64,000 bases of DNA from Macrostomum lignano. Lineage: Eukaryota. How positions within the stretch are numbered: position 1 is the stretch's first letter; each line of letters begins with the position of its first letter. A program made the translations under genes and the position numbers. The DNA is taken from positions 930,001 to 994,000 of the forward strand of contig NIVC01000010.1 in NCBI GenBank assembly GCA_002269645.1, written 5' to 3'. The notes beneath the pieces were generated by a model. The model had not been told where the DNA came from. It worked only from the letters and a program-made list of their open reading frames with translations, and searched no databases. Shown piece after piece: positions 12,701-22,349 of this stretch.

Positions 12701-15700
12701 CTAATTAATTTTAGTTACGTTTTTGTATTCTAGGCCTTCGACTTATGCCAACTTTAAAGCTAAGCAAACATGCAATAAACCAAATAAAAAGCTAAACAAA
12801 AAGTCAAATAGAAAGTTAGGTAAACAGTAGGCCTAAATAGCAACGATTTTTTTTGCAGCTAGAAATCCGTGTCGATGTGCCTGACGGTAGAAATTAAATC
12901 AAGTTGGTTAGTAAAAACTGTAGCAGCTACATTTAACAAATCTTTACGTATACATTAAAGAAACAGATTCTTCTGAATTAGAATTACATAAATGAATAAC
13001 TCCGTACAATTTTAATTTAAGGAGCTCCCGAATCTAAACGAGTTGCAATAATTCAATTGCCAGAAATTCACACATTTGAAATCTTTTTCTATATCAATGT
13101 TCCTGCAACAATTCAGCAACATTTTTATGTCAACGTTGATGCCAAGCGCGCGCTGTCAACAACGTCAATGTTGCAGCAACTAAAGATGGCACTAGGGGAA
13201 TGCACTTTTCTGCAGTCGGGATGCATGATATTGGAATAACACGACTCGCGCCTACCGGCGCTCGCGTGTTATACCGATATCATGCATCCCGATTGCAGAA
13301 GAATATACCATTAATACATCGAATAGTTGTCTACTGCATACTGTAATCTATTTTTATACTCAATTATTATTTTGCTTGCAGTTTTTAACTTTTGGAAAGC
13401 AGAAAGTAATTCAAGCTCGTTCCCACAGCCATCACATAAGCAATTAAATCAAACAACTGATCATATTTGAGCTACAAAGCAACTTTATGTACATGTCTAC
13501 AAAAAATGGCCTCATGGCCGTGTGAACGAGCCTCAATTCGAGTTTTTAGGTCAGGCTAGGTGCAAGGCCATTTTGGAGAGTCAGGTTAATCGGGGACTTT
13601 TCGTACGATTCACGGTCGTGAGTACGAATTGCCCACTTGGCACGGAGTAGGGGTGTTCGGGTTCCATTTACCCCGAACCTGAAACCCGACCCGGACCGAA
13701 ACCCGACCTGACCCGACCCCGAACTTTACCTAAAAGGAGAACGCTTCATCTCAGGCTTTCTCTGATGATCATTTTTACAAGAGTAACGACTGAAGGGAGT
13801 TACTCGTCCTGAGGCACCTCTAGTAGTCTACTTCTCGTTCTCATTTGCCGTCCTGACTCCTATTCTCCTGTTTCTAGTCATCAGCTAGCAATCTCAAGTC
13901 TTCACTCCTCTCCTCCCTATAATTTGACTCCTCATTCTTAAGACCTTAGTATTGACTTTGTAACATCCACTGATCCAAATGTTTACCAACTTGGGTTTAA
14001 GTTGTCATTGTTAGTACAAAATTTGAGTGTAGCTTAATGAAGAGTTGAAAATAAAGGGTTGAATACCCTTAAATTTGTGGGTGAATGTAACGATAGGGAA
14101 TGCCGATTTGTCGAATAATCCTGTCGAATCGTCGATGTGTGAAATCAGAAATGTTACGGGACGATGTGCCATTGCCATTGGCATCAGCAATTCATGTGTT
14201 TAATAAAAATGTATGCAATTAGAAAAATAAAGGGATTTTTTAAATCCACAAGCATAGTCCAGCGGCCAGCGAGAATCCATAGATTCATAGATTTCATAAG
14301 TAGAACCCTATATTTGTAATTGAAAACTTAAATTCAAGCATTATTTCGGTTTTCGAAGTTTAAATATTCACCTTTTTATACTTAAAAAGCGTTCTATAAC
14401 GACATTAAAAGAAATTTATTTTTAAAATAGCTAAAGTTTATTTTTCCTCCGAATCCGAAAACCCCGAAAACCTGACCCTAAACCCGACCAGAAAACCCGA
14501 ACCCGAACACCTAGCCCCGAACCCGATACCCGACCCCGAACCCCGAACACCCCTAGCACGGAGCACATGCTGGTAATTTGTACTTATGGTGACAGCGAGA
14601 AAGTCAACGGCTGTACAGCTCTCTGTGTGGGTTTGTGTGTGCGAACTTACGTGTCTGTGCCCCGCAGTCAGAAGCATTTATACTACTGTCCAATACTACT
14701 GTCCACTTTAACTTTTGGCTCCACTCATTGGCCCCTCCGACTAGCTGCAGACTGTTGCCGCTCAATTTGAGTTCAAATTTACTCACCGTCTCGGTGGTTG
14801 CAGAGAGCGTAAAGTTAATACGTCCGTGTCCAAAATAATACCACCGATGGTGATGCCAGTTTCCAGCTTCATCACGTCCACCTGATGCTCGATGACTCTC
14901 ACGTTTCGATTGAACACTCGTTTGGGCAGCGGTCTCGTTGCTAGCAGCAGCTGGTTCTGCTTGCCGTGCGCAGTCAGATTACTTTTCAACTGGTGCCAGT
15001 AGTGCCCATCGGGCATAGCGCTGCACCACAGGATGACGAAGTCAGTTCCGGATAACCAGGCTGCGCTGAGGAGAGCCACGTAGTGGTGAAACTCTAATTC
15101 GACGTAGCGCTGCCTCGGATAGAACAAGAAAAAGTGTACAGCATTTGGAATTGGTTGCAGTTTGCTGCTACTCGCCCGAATAGCTGAGACGATCCGGTAA
15201 GCGCTGAGTTCACGATCGTCCATGGTTCGAAACTGGTGACCGGCTAGGCTCAACCCGTCCGGATAGTACTCCGACAGCAGAGGAGCCACTTCAATCGAAA
15301 GAATAGGAAAATAGAAAATATTTGAGCATTTAGCTGTTAGCTATTAACACATTTACTTACACGTGTTTATGAATTTAGTAGCTTTTTCCCTCATTTGAAA
15401 GAATATTTCCGCCCAGTTTTAGAATCGCTGTCTACAAGTTATTCCAGCGACTAGAGACAGATCCGCGTCCCTGTGGTCCAAGGCCCCAAACCGCTAGATT
15501 TGCGTTCAGTTAAAGAATTAAGATCGCTTTTTGAGGCATAACATATAGTATAGGTTTCTGCTCACTAAGCGTGTTGATTACAGTGCTTTGCCATAAAAAT
15601 CTGGTGCAGTAGAGCTTGGCAATGCTGCAGTGAAATTGCATGCTGCTCTGCAAGCCCGCTCTGACCTCATCGCCCTGAAGGTGGCACCAACACCAATTGG

Positions 15701-16033
15701 ATAATTTATAAATAGTTACGGGAATCTAAATTAGAGTTACTTGCCTGTGTACATCGGTTTTACCGCCTTTGCGAGCTCCAAGAAGACGCCCGTTTCGAAG
15801 AGGTGACGCAAAATTTCTCTCGACTGAGAGGCATTGCGATGCAATGCCCAGTTTAACAAAGTCCTTTCAGCTGTGCTGCTGTTGATGCTTGCAACGGTCG
15901 AGTCTGCATACCAATACAGCAGTTTTAGCTTCTTGTGATGCATCCTTGTGATCAACACAGTCGCTGTGATGCATATTATCAACGCAGCTGTCGCTAGCTT
16001 CAGTCCTGATAGGAAACGAAATTCTTTCGGCAT
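757..16033 (-). CDS. DxD-motif glycosyltransferase (GT32 / Gly_transf_sug-like), type II membrane protein; at least 3 exons, 3' end unresolved
   Basis: Exon 1 16033-15745 (N-terminal hydrophobic segment LATAALIICITATVLI). GC-AG intron in phase 1. Exon 2 15288-14787 (PIPNAVHFFLF...EHQVDVMKLE...GGIILDTDV). Phase-2 intron 14786-1013 (CG|GTGAGT ... TTTGCAG|T). Exon 3 from 1012 (RFDCVIGRES...LWY..YQTFDDGQWAQHSVLLP). Splice phases match. Exons below about 800 could not be assembled confidently. Confidence 0.8.
1418..3907 (-). mobile_element. Crypton-type tyrosine recombinase (DUF3504-like) C-terminal remnant, two exons
   Basis: Exon 3907-3712 ends ...FLQEFMKKLSARAGLSKVYTNHCIR with donor AG|GTAAGT. 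An in-phase acceptor CAG at 1748-1746 leads to ...AVCDLDAAGHSLQDIMLITGQKCEKTVKRY. This gives HxxR and the nucleophile Tyr. The N-terminal catalytic half is absent. Confidence 0.72.
2302..3178. repeat. Tandem array, 178-bp unit, about 5 copies, inside the Crypton intron
   Basis: The unit start cccggcttccaaatcagatg recurs at 2302, 2479, 2657, 2835 and 3013. Confidence 0.95.
5040..7778 (-). CDS. CACTA accessory protein (TnpA-like, DUF4806-type C-terminus), 5 exons
   Basis: Exons 7778-7571, about 7275-6451, about 6145-5901, about 5710-5537 and about 5380-5040. All have canonical splice sites with matching phases (1,1,0,1). The N-terminus AFVVVRFNETEEIEIVRRSWL...PDDSW and the C-terminus ILYHIMDDKLAHQFSLRG...IESAVGEHLRHSGTR are typical of the second gene of animal EnSpm elements. 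Confidence 0.75.
6525..6885. repeat. Coding minisatellite, 57-bp unit, 6 full copies plus a partial (19 aa ASPMGHGIQHHPASAASAA)
   Basis: gaggccgcggcag recurs at 6525, 6582 and onward with period 57, in frame within ORF 6404-7297. Confidence 0.95.
8278..12591 (-). CDS. CACTA/EnSpm DDE transposase; main exon 10112-8278, upstream exon 10614-10387, probable further exon ending 12366
   Basis: Uninterrupted ORF with LFVDG, CDSPARS, GYFGCDKC, FPLDPMHL, RKPRSI..WKATEFR and GPLDSFSCFWGENF motifs. The upstream exon (SKRTVQRHIKR) joins in phase 1 (G|GTAAGA ... TTTAG|GA). Start codon not located. Confidence 0.88.
13208..13300. repeat. Hairpin with 36-bp arms and a GC-rich loop; likely the Crypton terminal structure
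   Basis: 13208-13243 pairs with 13265-13300 with 3 mismatches around the loop actcgcgcctaccggcgctcg. It abuts the Crypton 5' region once the CACTA insert is removed. Confidence 0.75.
13648..14555. mobile_element. Non-autonomous hAT-type element (908 bp)
   Basis: TIR TAGGGGTGTTCGGG / CCCGAACACCCCTA. Perfect 8-bp TSD GCACGGAG at 13640-13647 and 14556-14563. Subterminal acccga repeats. Confidence 0.92.
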
Positions 16034-17331
16034 ATCGAAAGTTCAACACTTATCCTAAACTGTTAAACAAAACAGAAAGATAATTTATGATAGCTTTTAT
16101 CAGAACAGCAAGAAATTTATAGAAATTTATAGATACTCGTAAGGAGGACGAATACAAACTTTATCACTTTGGGGGGGGGGGGGGTTTAGAGGTATACCAA
16201 TCAAGCCAGATTGTTGCACGGAATAAGTCTATGGCCGAAACAAACGATATTCAAAAGCTATACACTCGTATTTAGCACTGCTTAGAACAAAAGCAATAAA
16301 CACAACATTAGAAGCAAAAGCAGTTAAGGCAGTATGCGTCAGTTTACTTATTCATTGGGCCGTATATATAAAGCTTAGTCCAGGGGTGCGTTTCATATGA
16401 TGAGAATAGCTACAAGGTACAAGTTACAAGCAAGAGTGTTTTACAAGTCTGCTTGTAGATTTTAGCCAAAAATGTACAAGTATAACAGGCTTGTATCTAT
16501 TCACTTTATGGTCTATGTTACAAGTGTCTTGGATCAGTAATTTGGCGGACCTTCGTTGTCGTCTGAGTATGCAGATGCCTTCAGTTAACTCATGTACACT
16601 CGTTATGATGCTTTATCGTCTATGGTACAAGTGTCTACGTCCCTGAGGAGGCAGAGAAAGCATCTCGAAGCAAAAAAATAGTCGATACGTCTTTCTATCA
16701 AGGACTTTCTATCAAGCTTTTTATAAGCTTTCAAAGCAAATTTACAAGCTTGAGCAAAAGAAGACGACTCTTCAACTTGTAGCCACTTACACGTGGTGGG
16801 ACTCGTATATAGCTCAGTCTATACCCTTGTAGGGATTCATGCAAAAATAATGCATTTTAAATGCGCATTATAATGCCATTAAATCTGATGTAATGTAATC
16901 ACAATTTATTATAATGCCTAATTAATGCGTAAATAATGCAAATAATACTTGTTTTAAACTATACTTTTGATTTTATATAGAACTATTATTAGCAATTTGC
17001 CATATAGATCACAGAATATACGCAGAATGGCGAATCAGCAGTTCTCTATGAAAGCAAAAATAAATGCGCTTGCACTACTAACATTGTAAAGCTGATAAGT
17101 AGCTGCGATTTTTTGACGCAAAGTTGAATGTAAAATTCGAGCTCAAGACAGCCTTTGAAAGCTTTTGAGTCGTCGTTTTGACGCTGCAGATGAATGCTGC
17201 GCTATCCTTGTAATTAATTTGTTCAAAACGGTGCGTGCGCAAAGTCATGAGCAAGTAGTAACAACTGTTATAACCTCATTGCCATGTATATGTGATTTAA
17301 GCTAAAAAACAAAAGTAACAAACAATCATAG

Positions 17332-18075
17332 TGATGAGGACGCACTATTTTCCAAATCCCACGCTAGTACATGGGCTATAAACTTACTAGCCTACTAACA
17401 GTGGGCAATGGGCATTTTTTGTCCTTTTTCTGCGAATTGTCATAGAATCTATACTAGATATAATGTTTGGTCATACTAGTAGTCATAATAACATAGGCGC
17501 AGCTTTTTGGGTCATAAATCATCGCTTTCGAAACTGGTCTGACAGCCACCTGCGCCTCACTCAGTGTTGAGGCGGGCGCCAGATGGTCTGAGGGGATGCG
17601 AATAATAGCTTTTTTCTTATCATTTTGACAGGCCATTAAGATTTATGAGGTCAGGGCCTATTGTTCGTGTTCACTCAAGCGTGTGACAGCTTTGACAGCT
17701 ATGGGTTTTACCCCTAAAAGTACTTTGGGATTAGCAATTAGCGATTTCTCTTCATTATTTTCACTTTTTATTTAATAAGACCTTCCTAATGTATATTTTT
17801 TCATTAATTTTTGTCAATTCTACGCGAAAAGTCATAAATCATTTTGTTGCGATTTTGAGTGATTTATGGCCGCACCTGTCATGTTTTTACGACCCCGAGG
17901 GAACTGATAGGATCTCCCGGTCACGTGATTCTGGGTAGCAACAAGCTTAGCCAATCAGAAAATTCGACGCTCATTTTAACAAATCGGCTAGCCAATCAGA
18001 ATCGACGTGTCCCATTATAACAAACTGCGGTCCAGTTGGCGGCTATTTAAACCGGTGTTTTTGGCCCGCTCGGAC
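17332..18075 (+). mobile_element. LTR U3-like segment homologous to 40847-41605
   Basis: Starts TGATGAGGAC like the 40847 element. Has two agccaatcag CCAAT boxes, cacgtg, and tatttaaa at 18044. Similarity to the other copy ends at 18075. Confidence 0.75.
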
Positions 18076-18410
18076 GGCAATAACTCATACCAGTGTGCCC
18101 GGGCAATAACTCATAGCAGTGTGTCCCGGACAATGACCCACAGCAGTGTGCCCGGGCAATAACTCATAGCAGTGTGTCCCGGACAATGACCCACAGCAGT
18201 GTGCCCGGGCAATAACTCATAGCAGTGTGTCCCGGACAATGACCCACAGCAGTGTGTCCCGGGCAATGACTCATAGCAGTGTGCCCGGGCAATGACTCAT
18301 AGCAGTGTGCCCGGGCAATGACTCATAGCAGTGTGCCCGGGCAATGACTCATAGCAGTGTGCCCGGGCAATAACTCATAGCAGTGTGTCCCGGGCAATGA
18401 CTCATAGCAG
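18076..18410. repeat. Minisatellite, 26-27-bp units (gcagtgtg(t)cccgggcaat(a/g)actcata), about 12 copies; resumes briefly at 19608-19660
   Basis: Directly visible. Two unit variants alternate at the left end, giving a 53-bp dimer. Confidence 0.92.
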
Positions 18411-19605
18411 TGTGATAAATAAGGCAATTAGATAAATAGCATGCACGGTGAGCAATTATTTAGGCCCTAGACAAACCTACTTGGAGCGTTCGGAGATTTT
18501 AAAGCTATTGACCCTAATTGCCTATCGCCGGTCGGCGAGTCCTACCAGTCTTTCTCCAATAGCCGCAGGTACAGTACAAGAAAAGAAAGAACACGAGGGA
18601 ACACGAACCGAAAGATTTAGAGAGTGATAATCCTATTGAGAATAGCTAAACTTTATTTACGGTTTAATTTGACAAGCTATAATAAGTTACAAGGTTCAAT
18701 GCAATTTGCGGCGCAGATAATTTCGAACTGATAATAGCGGAAAATGATAACGAGACAACGATTAGTAATAATGATTTAATTACGCACTGGCAAACGGATC
18801 TCAGCTGAAGAAGAGAGGAACCGAACACGACCACGGAGAAGACTTCTAACCCCTGGCCTAAACCAGGACCTACACTCAAACGAGAGCCCTGCCGAATCGA
18901 ACGTTCAACGGAGCACTGACTAAATTCTATCAGCGCTGCCCTTCAGTGTGACACTGAGGCCCTCGGGGTCGAGGCCGCGTACTTGATCAGATCCGACGGT
19001 CTCTATCTAACCGCGCTTGATAGCGACGACGTCAGACAAGGATGCCGAATCGTTACGCTACAAGACTGAGGCGGTCGGGCGGGGAACAAAAATATGGACC
19101 GGGGTCACGAACTCAAGCGCCTCAAAGCGCAACCGAAAAGATCGGGCGAGCAGCCGGGGAACCGGGACAAAATCAAAACCGGGGAAAGAAAGCGAGAAAG
19201 GGAAAAAAAAGTGAGATCCGATTGCCAAACACACTTTCATATACAGTCAGAGTCAAACCCTCAAAACCCCCCCTCAAGCCGGGTGGTGGTCGTCTGGCCG
19301 GCCGCCCGCTAAGCCGACTTGCACTGTGCCCGCGGCGCCGGGTAGAACTGGAACTTGCCGCGTGCCAGGGTCCAGGCCGGTTCTGATTGGCTGGCCGCGC
19401 AAAGCTGGGGTTCGCAGAAAACTCAACCCTCCGCTGCGTCACAATTGGCGTCTGACTTCTAGCCTGTTTACGCAAAATAAACTCTAACTAACAAGAAAAA
19501 AGTACACCAAAAACGCATGACTAAACTAAAGCAAAATAACAATTCAATAACAATAATGCAAAACCTAATTAATAGAATACAAGGCTATTGCAAAAGATGC
19601 TCACA
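18411..19605 (-). mobile_element. Probable solo LTR inserted in the minisatellite
   Basis: Inverted termini (AG)TGTGA...TCACA(CT). The minus strand carries a CCAAT box (about 19385) and AATAAA (about 18655) followed by a GT-rich tract. TSD is imperfect (ATAGC/ACAGC if the ends are 18409/19607). Confidence 0.5.
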
Positions 19606-20602
19606 CTACAGCAGTTTGTCCCGGACAATGACCCATAGCAGTGTGCTGCCCGGGCGGATGTGGCCGCAAAAAGGGCGGTCACCCAGGCGTAACATCCAGA
19701 TCCCAATTGCTTTTAGTTGGTGGCAGACGTAATGTTCTTCTTTTTATGCATTAGCCTAATTATTTATAGCTCTATTGATATTCATAGAGCTGTTCTTTCA
19801 GAAAATAGATTTCTATATGTTAACTTAATAATCAGCACGTGCGTACTTGTATAAAAGCCGAATTGGAAAGCAGGGTTTTTCATTTCTATGATTGAAAACT
19901 TTATAAGTAAAAGTCAAAGAACGCTTTGCACCATTCAATGCAAAACATTCAGAACTTTATGATACCCAATTTTGAGTAGTATTATTCACGAAACTGTCCT
20001 TTCTTTAGTGCAGAAAAAGATTTACAGCCTTTTGTGGCGGGCAACTGGAAAGCCAGTAGATCGTGGAAGCCCCCAGTTAATGACATCGCTTTCGAGCAAT
20101 GATCCTCACAGCAACGCATAGCCCTCTCTCGTCGAGTCTGAGCAGGTGTCGCGTCATGGGGGTAGGTCGCTCCTCAGGAATAGTTTTGCTCAAGTAGGAT
20201 GGCGCGTTTGTATGCTCAAATAGGAACTCAAGTAGTTTGGAAAATGCTGGGTACGGCATCAGAAGTTTTTCTGTCGCTTTTATTGTCCATCTGCATTTGC
20301 AATTAAACGCGGAGTATTTACGACTCGATTTAGGAGTCCCGAGAGACGATCTAGAGTTGGTTGCAAATGCCCTTCTGAAAATTGCAGTGAGCAGAGCCGG
20401 TAGTTGTACTTTGGATCGCTGCGCAACTTTCGGGGAATCGCAGAGATCCACTTTTCCATGGAAGCTCCAGCTGCGCAGGTGGGGAAAATTTTTGCATGGA
20501 GACTGCTGGATGCTTCTCATATCGATCGAGGCAGATAGGCGACACAAAGTCGGGCACAGCGATTGAATACAATGATTTGCTTGCAAAGATTTTAAAGCAG
20601 AT

Positions 20603-21360
20603 TGTGACGTTGCTAGTTTAAGTGGTCCCGCAAAAGGGCCGTTGGACTATAGTTTCCCTTGCAATTTCTCATATTAATTTCTCCAATAGTTTATTTTAAC
20701 GTTTACTTATAGTAGCGTGCAAATAATCTGTATCAACTGCTAATTCACTGTGTATTTGGTAGGCCTTGCGCTCGTCTGTAAATTTTGGCACGATCGATAA
20801 TTTCAAGTTCTCTCGCCAGCCAATGAAAACTCTCCGTGTTTACGCTACCCCCTTTTGCGCTCTTTATTAACCCCCCGTCTGGCGGCGGGCTGGTTTTTCA
20901 CCCCTTTCGTTCTGCCGTCCCTTCGCGGCCTTGCTTTCCTTCTCTCTGTCTGGCTGCCTCGAGCCTCCTTATCTCACGCCACGGCTGACGCCAACCTCGC
21001 CACTGCTCATCTGCCTGCCTACTGCGTCTCACTGCCTTCACTGTGCTCATTGCCATTGCTCCTCACGTTACGTCGCCGTTGCATCATTCGTCTGCCACTT
21101 GACTTCACATTCAATTTATCTTCAAAAAACCATTGTTGCAGCCGCCAGTGCCCAGAAAGCTATAGTTTGTCTATTGACAGTAATAACCAAGCCTAATATT
21201 GATACTACCAATAAAACCAACTACGGCAGTTCCTGCCTTTATCGCCAAGTGCTCCGCTACAAAATCCGCTTTACAAGAGTTGACTTCAACTTATTTTGGG
21301 ACTAAAACGGCCCTTTTAAGGGTCTTAGCCATAGCTAGCCGCTACGCCAACATCGTGACA
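20603..21360 (+). mobile_element. Solo LTR (758 bp)
   Basis: TGT...ACA termini. Perfect 5-bp TSD CAGAT at 20598-20602 and 21361-21365. AATAAA near 21211. Confidence 0.8.
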
Positions 21361-22349
21361 CAGATTTTAGCAAGTATCCTGTATTACTGACAATATATCA
21401 TTTTCCCAGTTAGCAAGCTATGAAGTAAGCGGAACTTCATCTTGTCTCCCCACACTATCATATATGCATGAACTGGCAAGGAAAAGCAAGTGGGGATTAA
21501 TAAATACGTACATTTGTGCAAAGTTTGGCCCTCTGATCATTGCACTCAGTCCAATGACAATGAAATTTTAAAGCTTCCCATATGCACTGCGCTTGAAAAA
21601 AACGTCCCTAAACTCATATAACGGATCGTGGGCGTGGGGCAGGTGGGGAGCTGCAGCGAAACATATGGAGGCTTCCTTGGGTGATGAGCAAATCGACAAG
21701 GCCAGCTTTATTCAGACCCAACAATCGGCAAACGTGCTGCCAATGCGGCGATTTCGGACACCGAAGATGCGATGCGGCTGTAGGGAAAATCTGCAGCTTC
21801 TACAACAAACCAAGACACCTTGCCAAGGCCGGCATCTCCAAGAAAAACTCAAGAGACCGCATGCACACATCCTCGATGATCAAAGGCGGCGTAGGACCCG
21901 GCGCGGAGAGCTTCAGCAGTCTACTACCGAGCGACGATGAGGTGTTCTGTCTGACTACAGACGAACTGCTGCTACTGACAGTATCAATCAACGGCAAGCG
22001 ACTGGAAGCTGTTGCCATGAGTGGCTCGACGCCAGCTCACGGTCGACATGCAGTGGCTCCAGCTGCAATGTCATCGAGTGTCCGGAGTGTCCGGAGTTAC
22101 TCCACGAATCTCCCAACTGACTAACTCGGTCACGCATTCAGCCAACAGACTGAACTTTTAACAACCAAACTGTCGCTAATCCACGCTACGAAGGCAGCAT
22201 GGTCGGGCCCGTCAACGGTCGGCGTTTCCTCGTGATCGCGTGGATCAGAACTCGCGCTACCCCATCGTCATAGCAATGAAGTCGATTACAGCTGAAGGCA
22301 CAATCAAGCAGCTGAAACAGATCTTCGCTATGTTCGATATTCCGAAGCA

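Larger units (their letters stand above)
4105..13198 (-). mobile_element. CACTA/EnSpm-superfamily DNA transposon, apparently full length (9094 bp)
   Basis: 13-bp TIR CCCCTAGTGCCAT at 4105 and its reverse complement ending at 13198. 3-bp TSD AAT at 4102-4104 and 13199-13201. Subterminal tgttg/caaca repeats at both ends. Contains a transposase and a DUF4806-type gene. Confidence 0.9.

Noticed and set aside
16380-16830. Possible MITE with agctacaag / cttgtagc inverted motifs
   Set aside because: The match is too short and no TSD was found.
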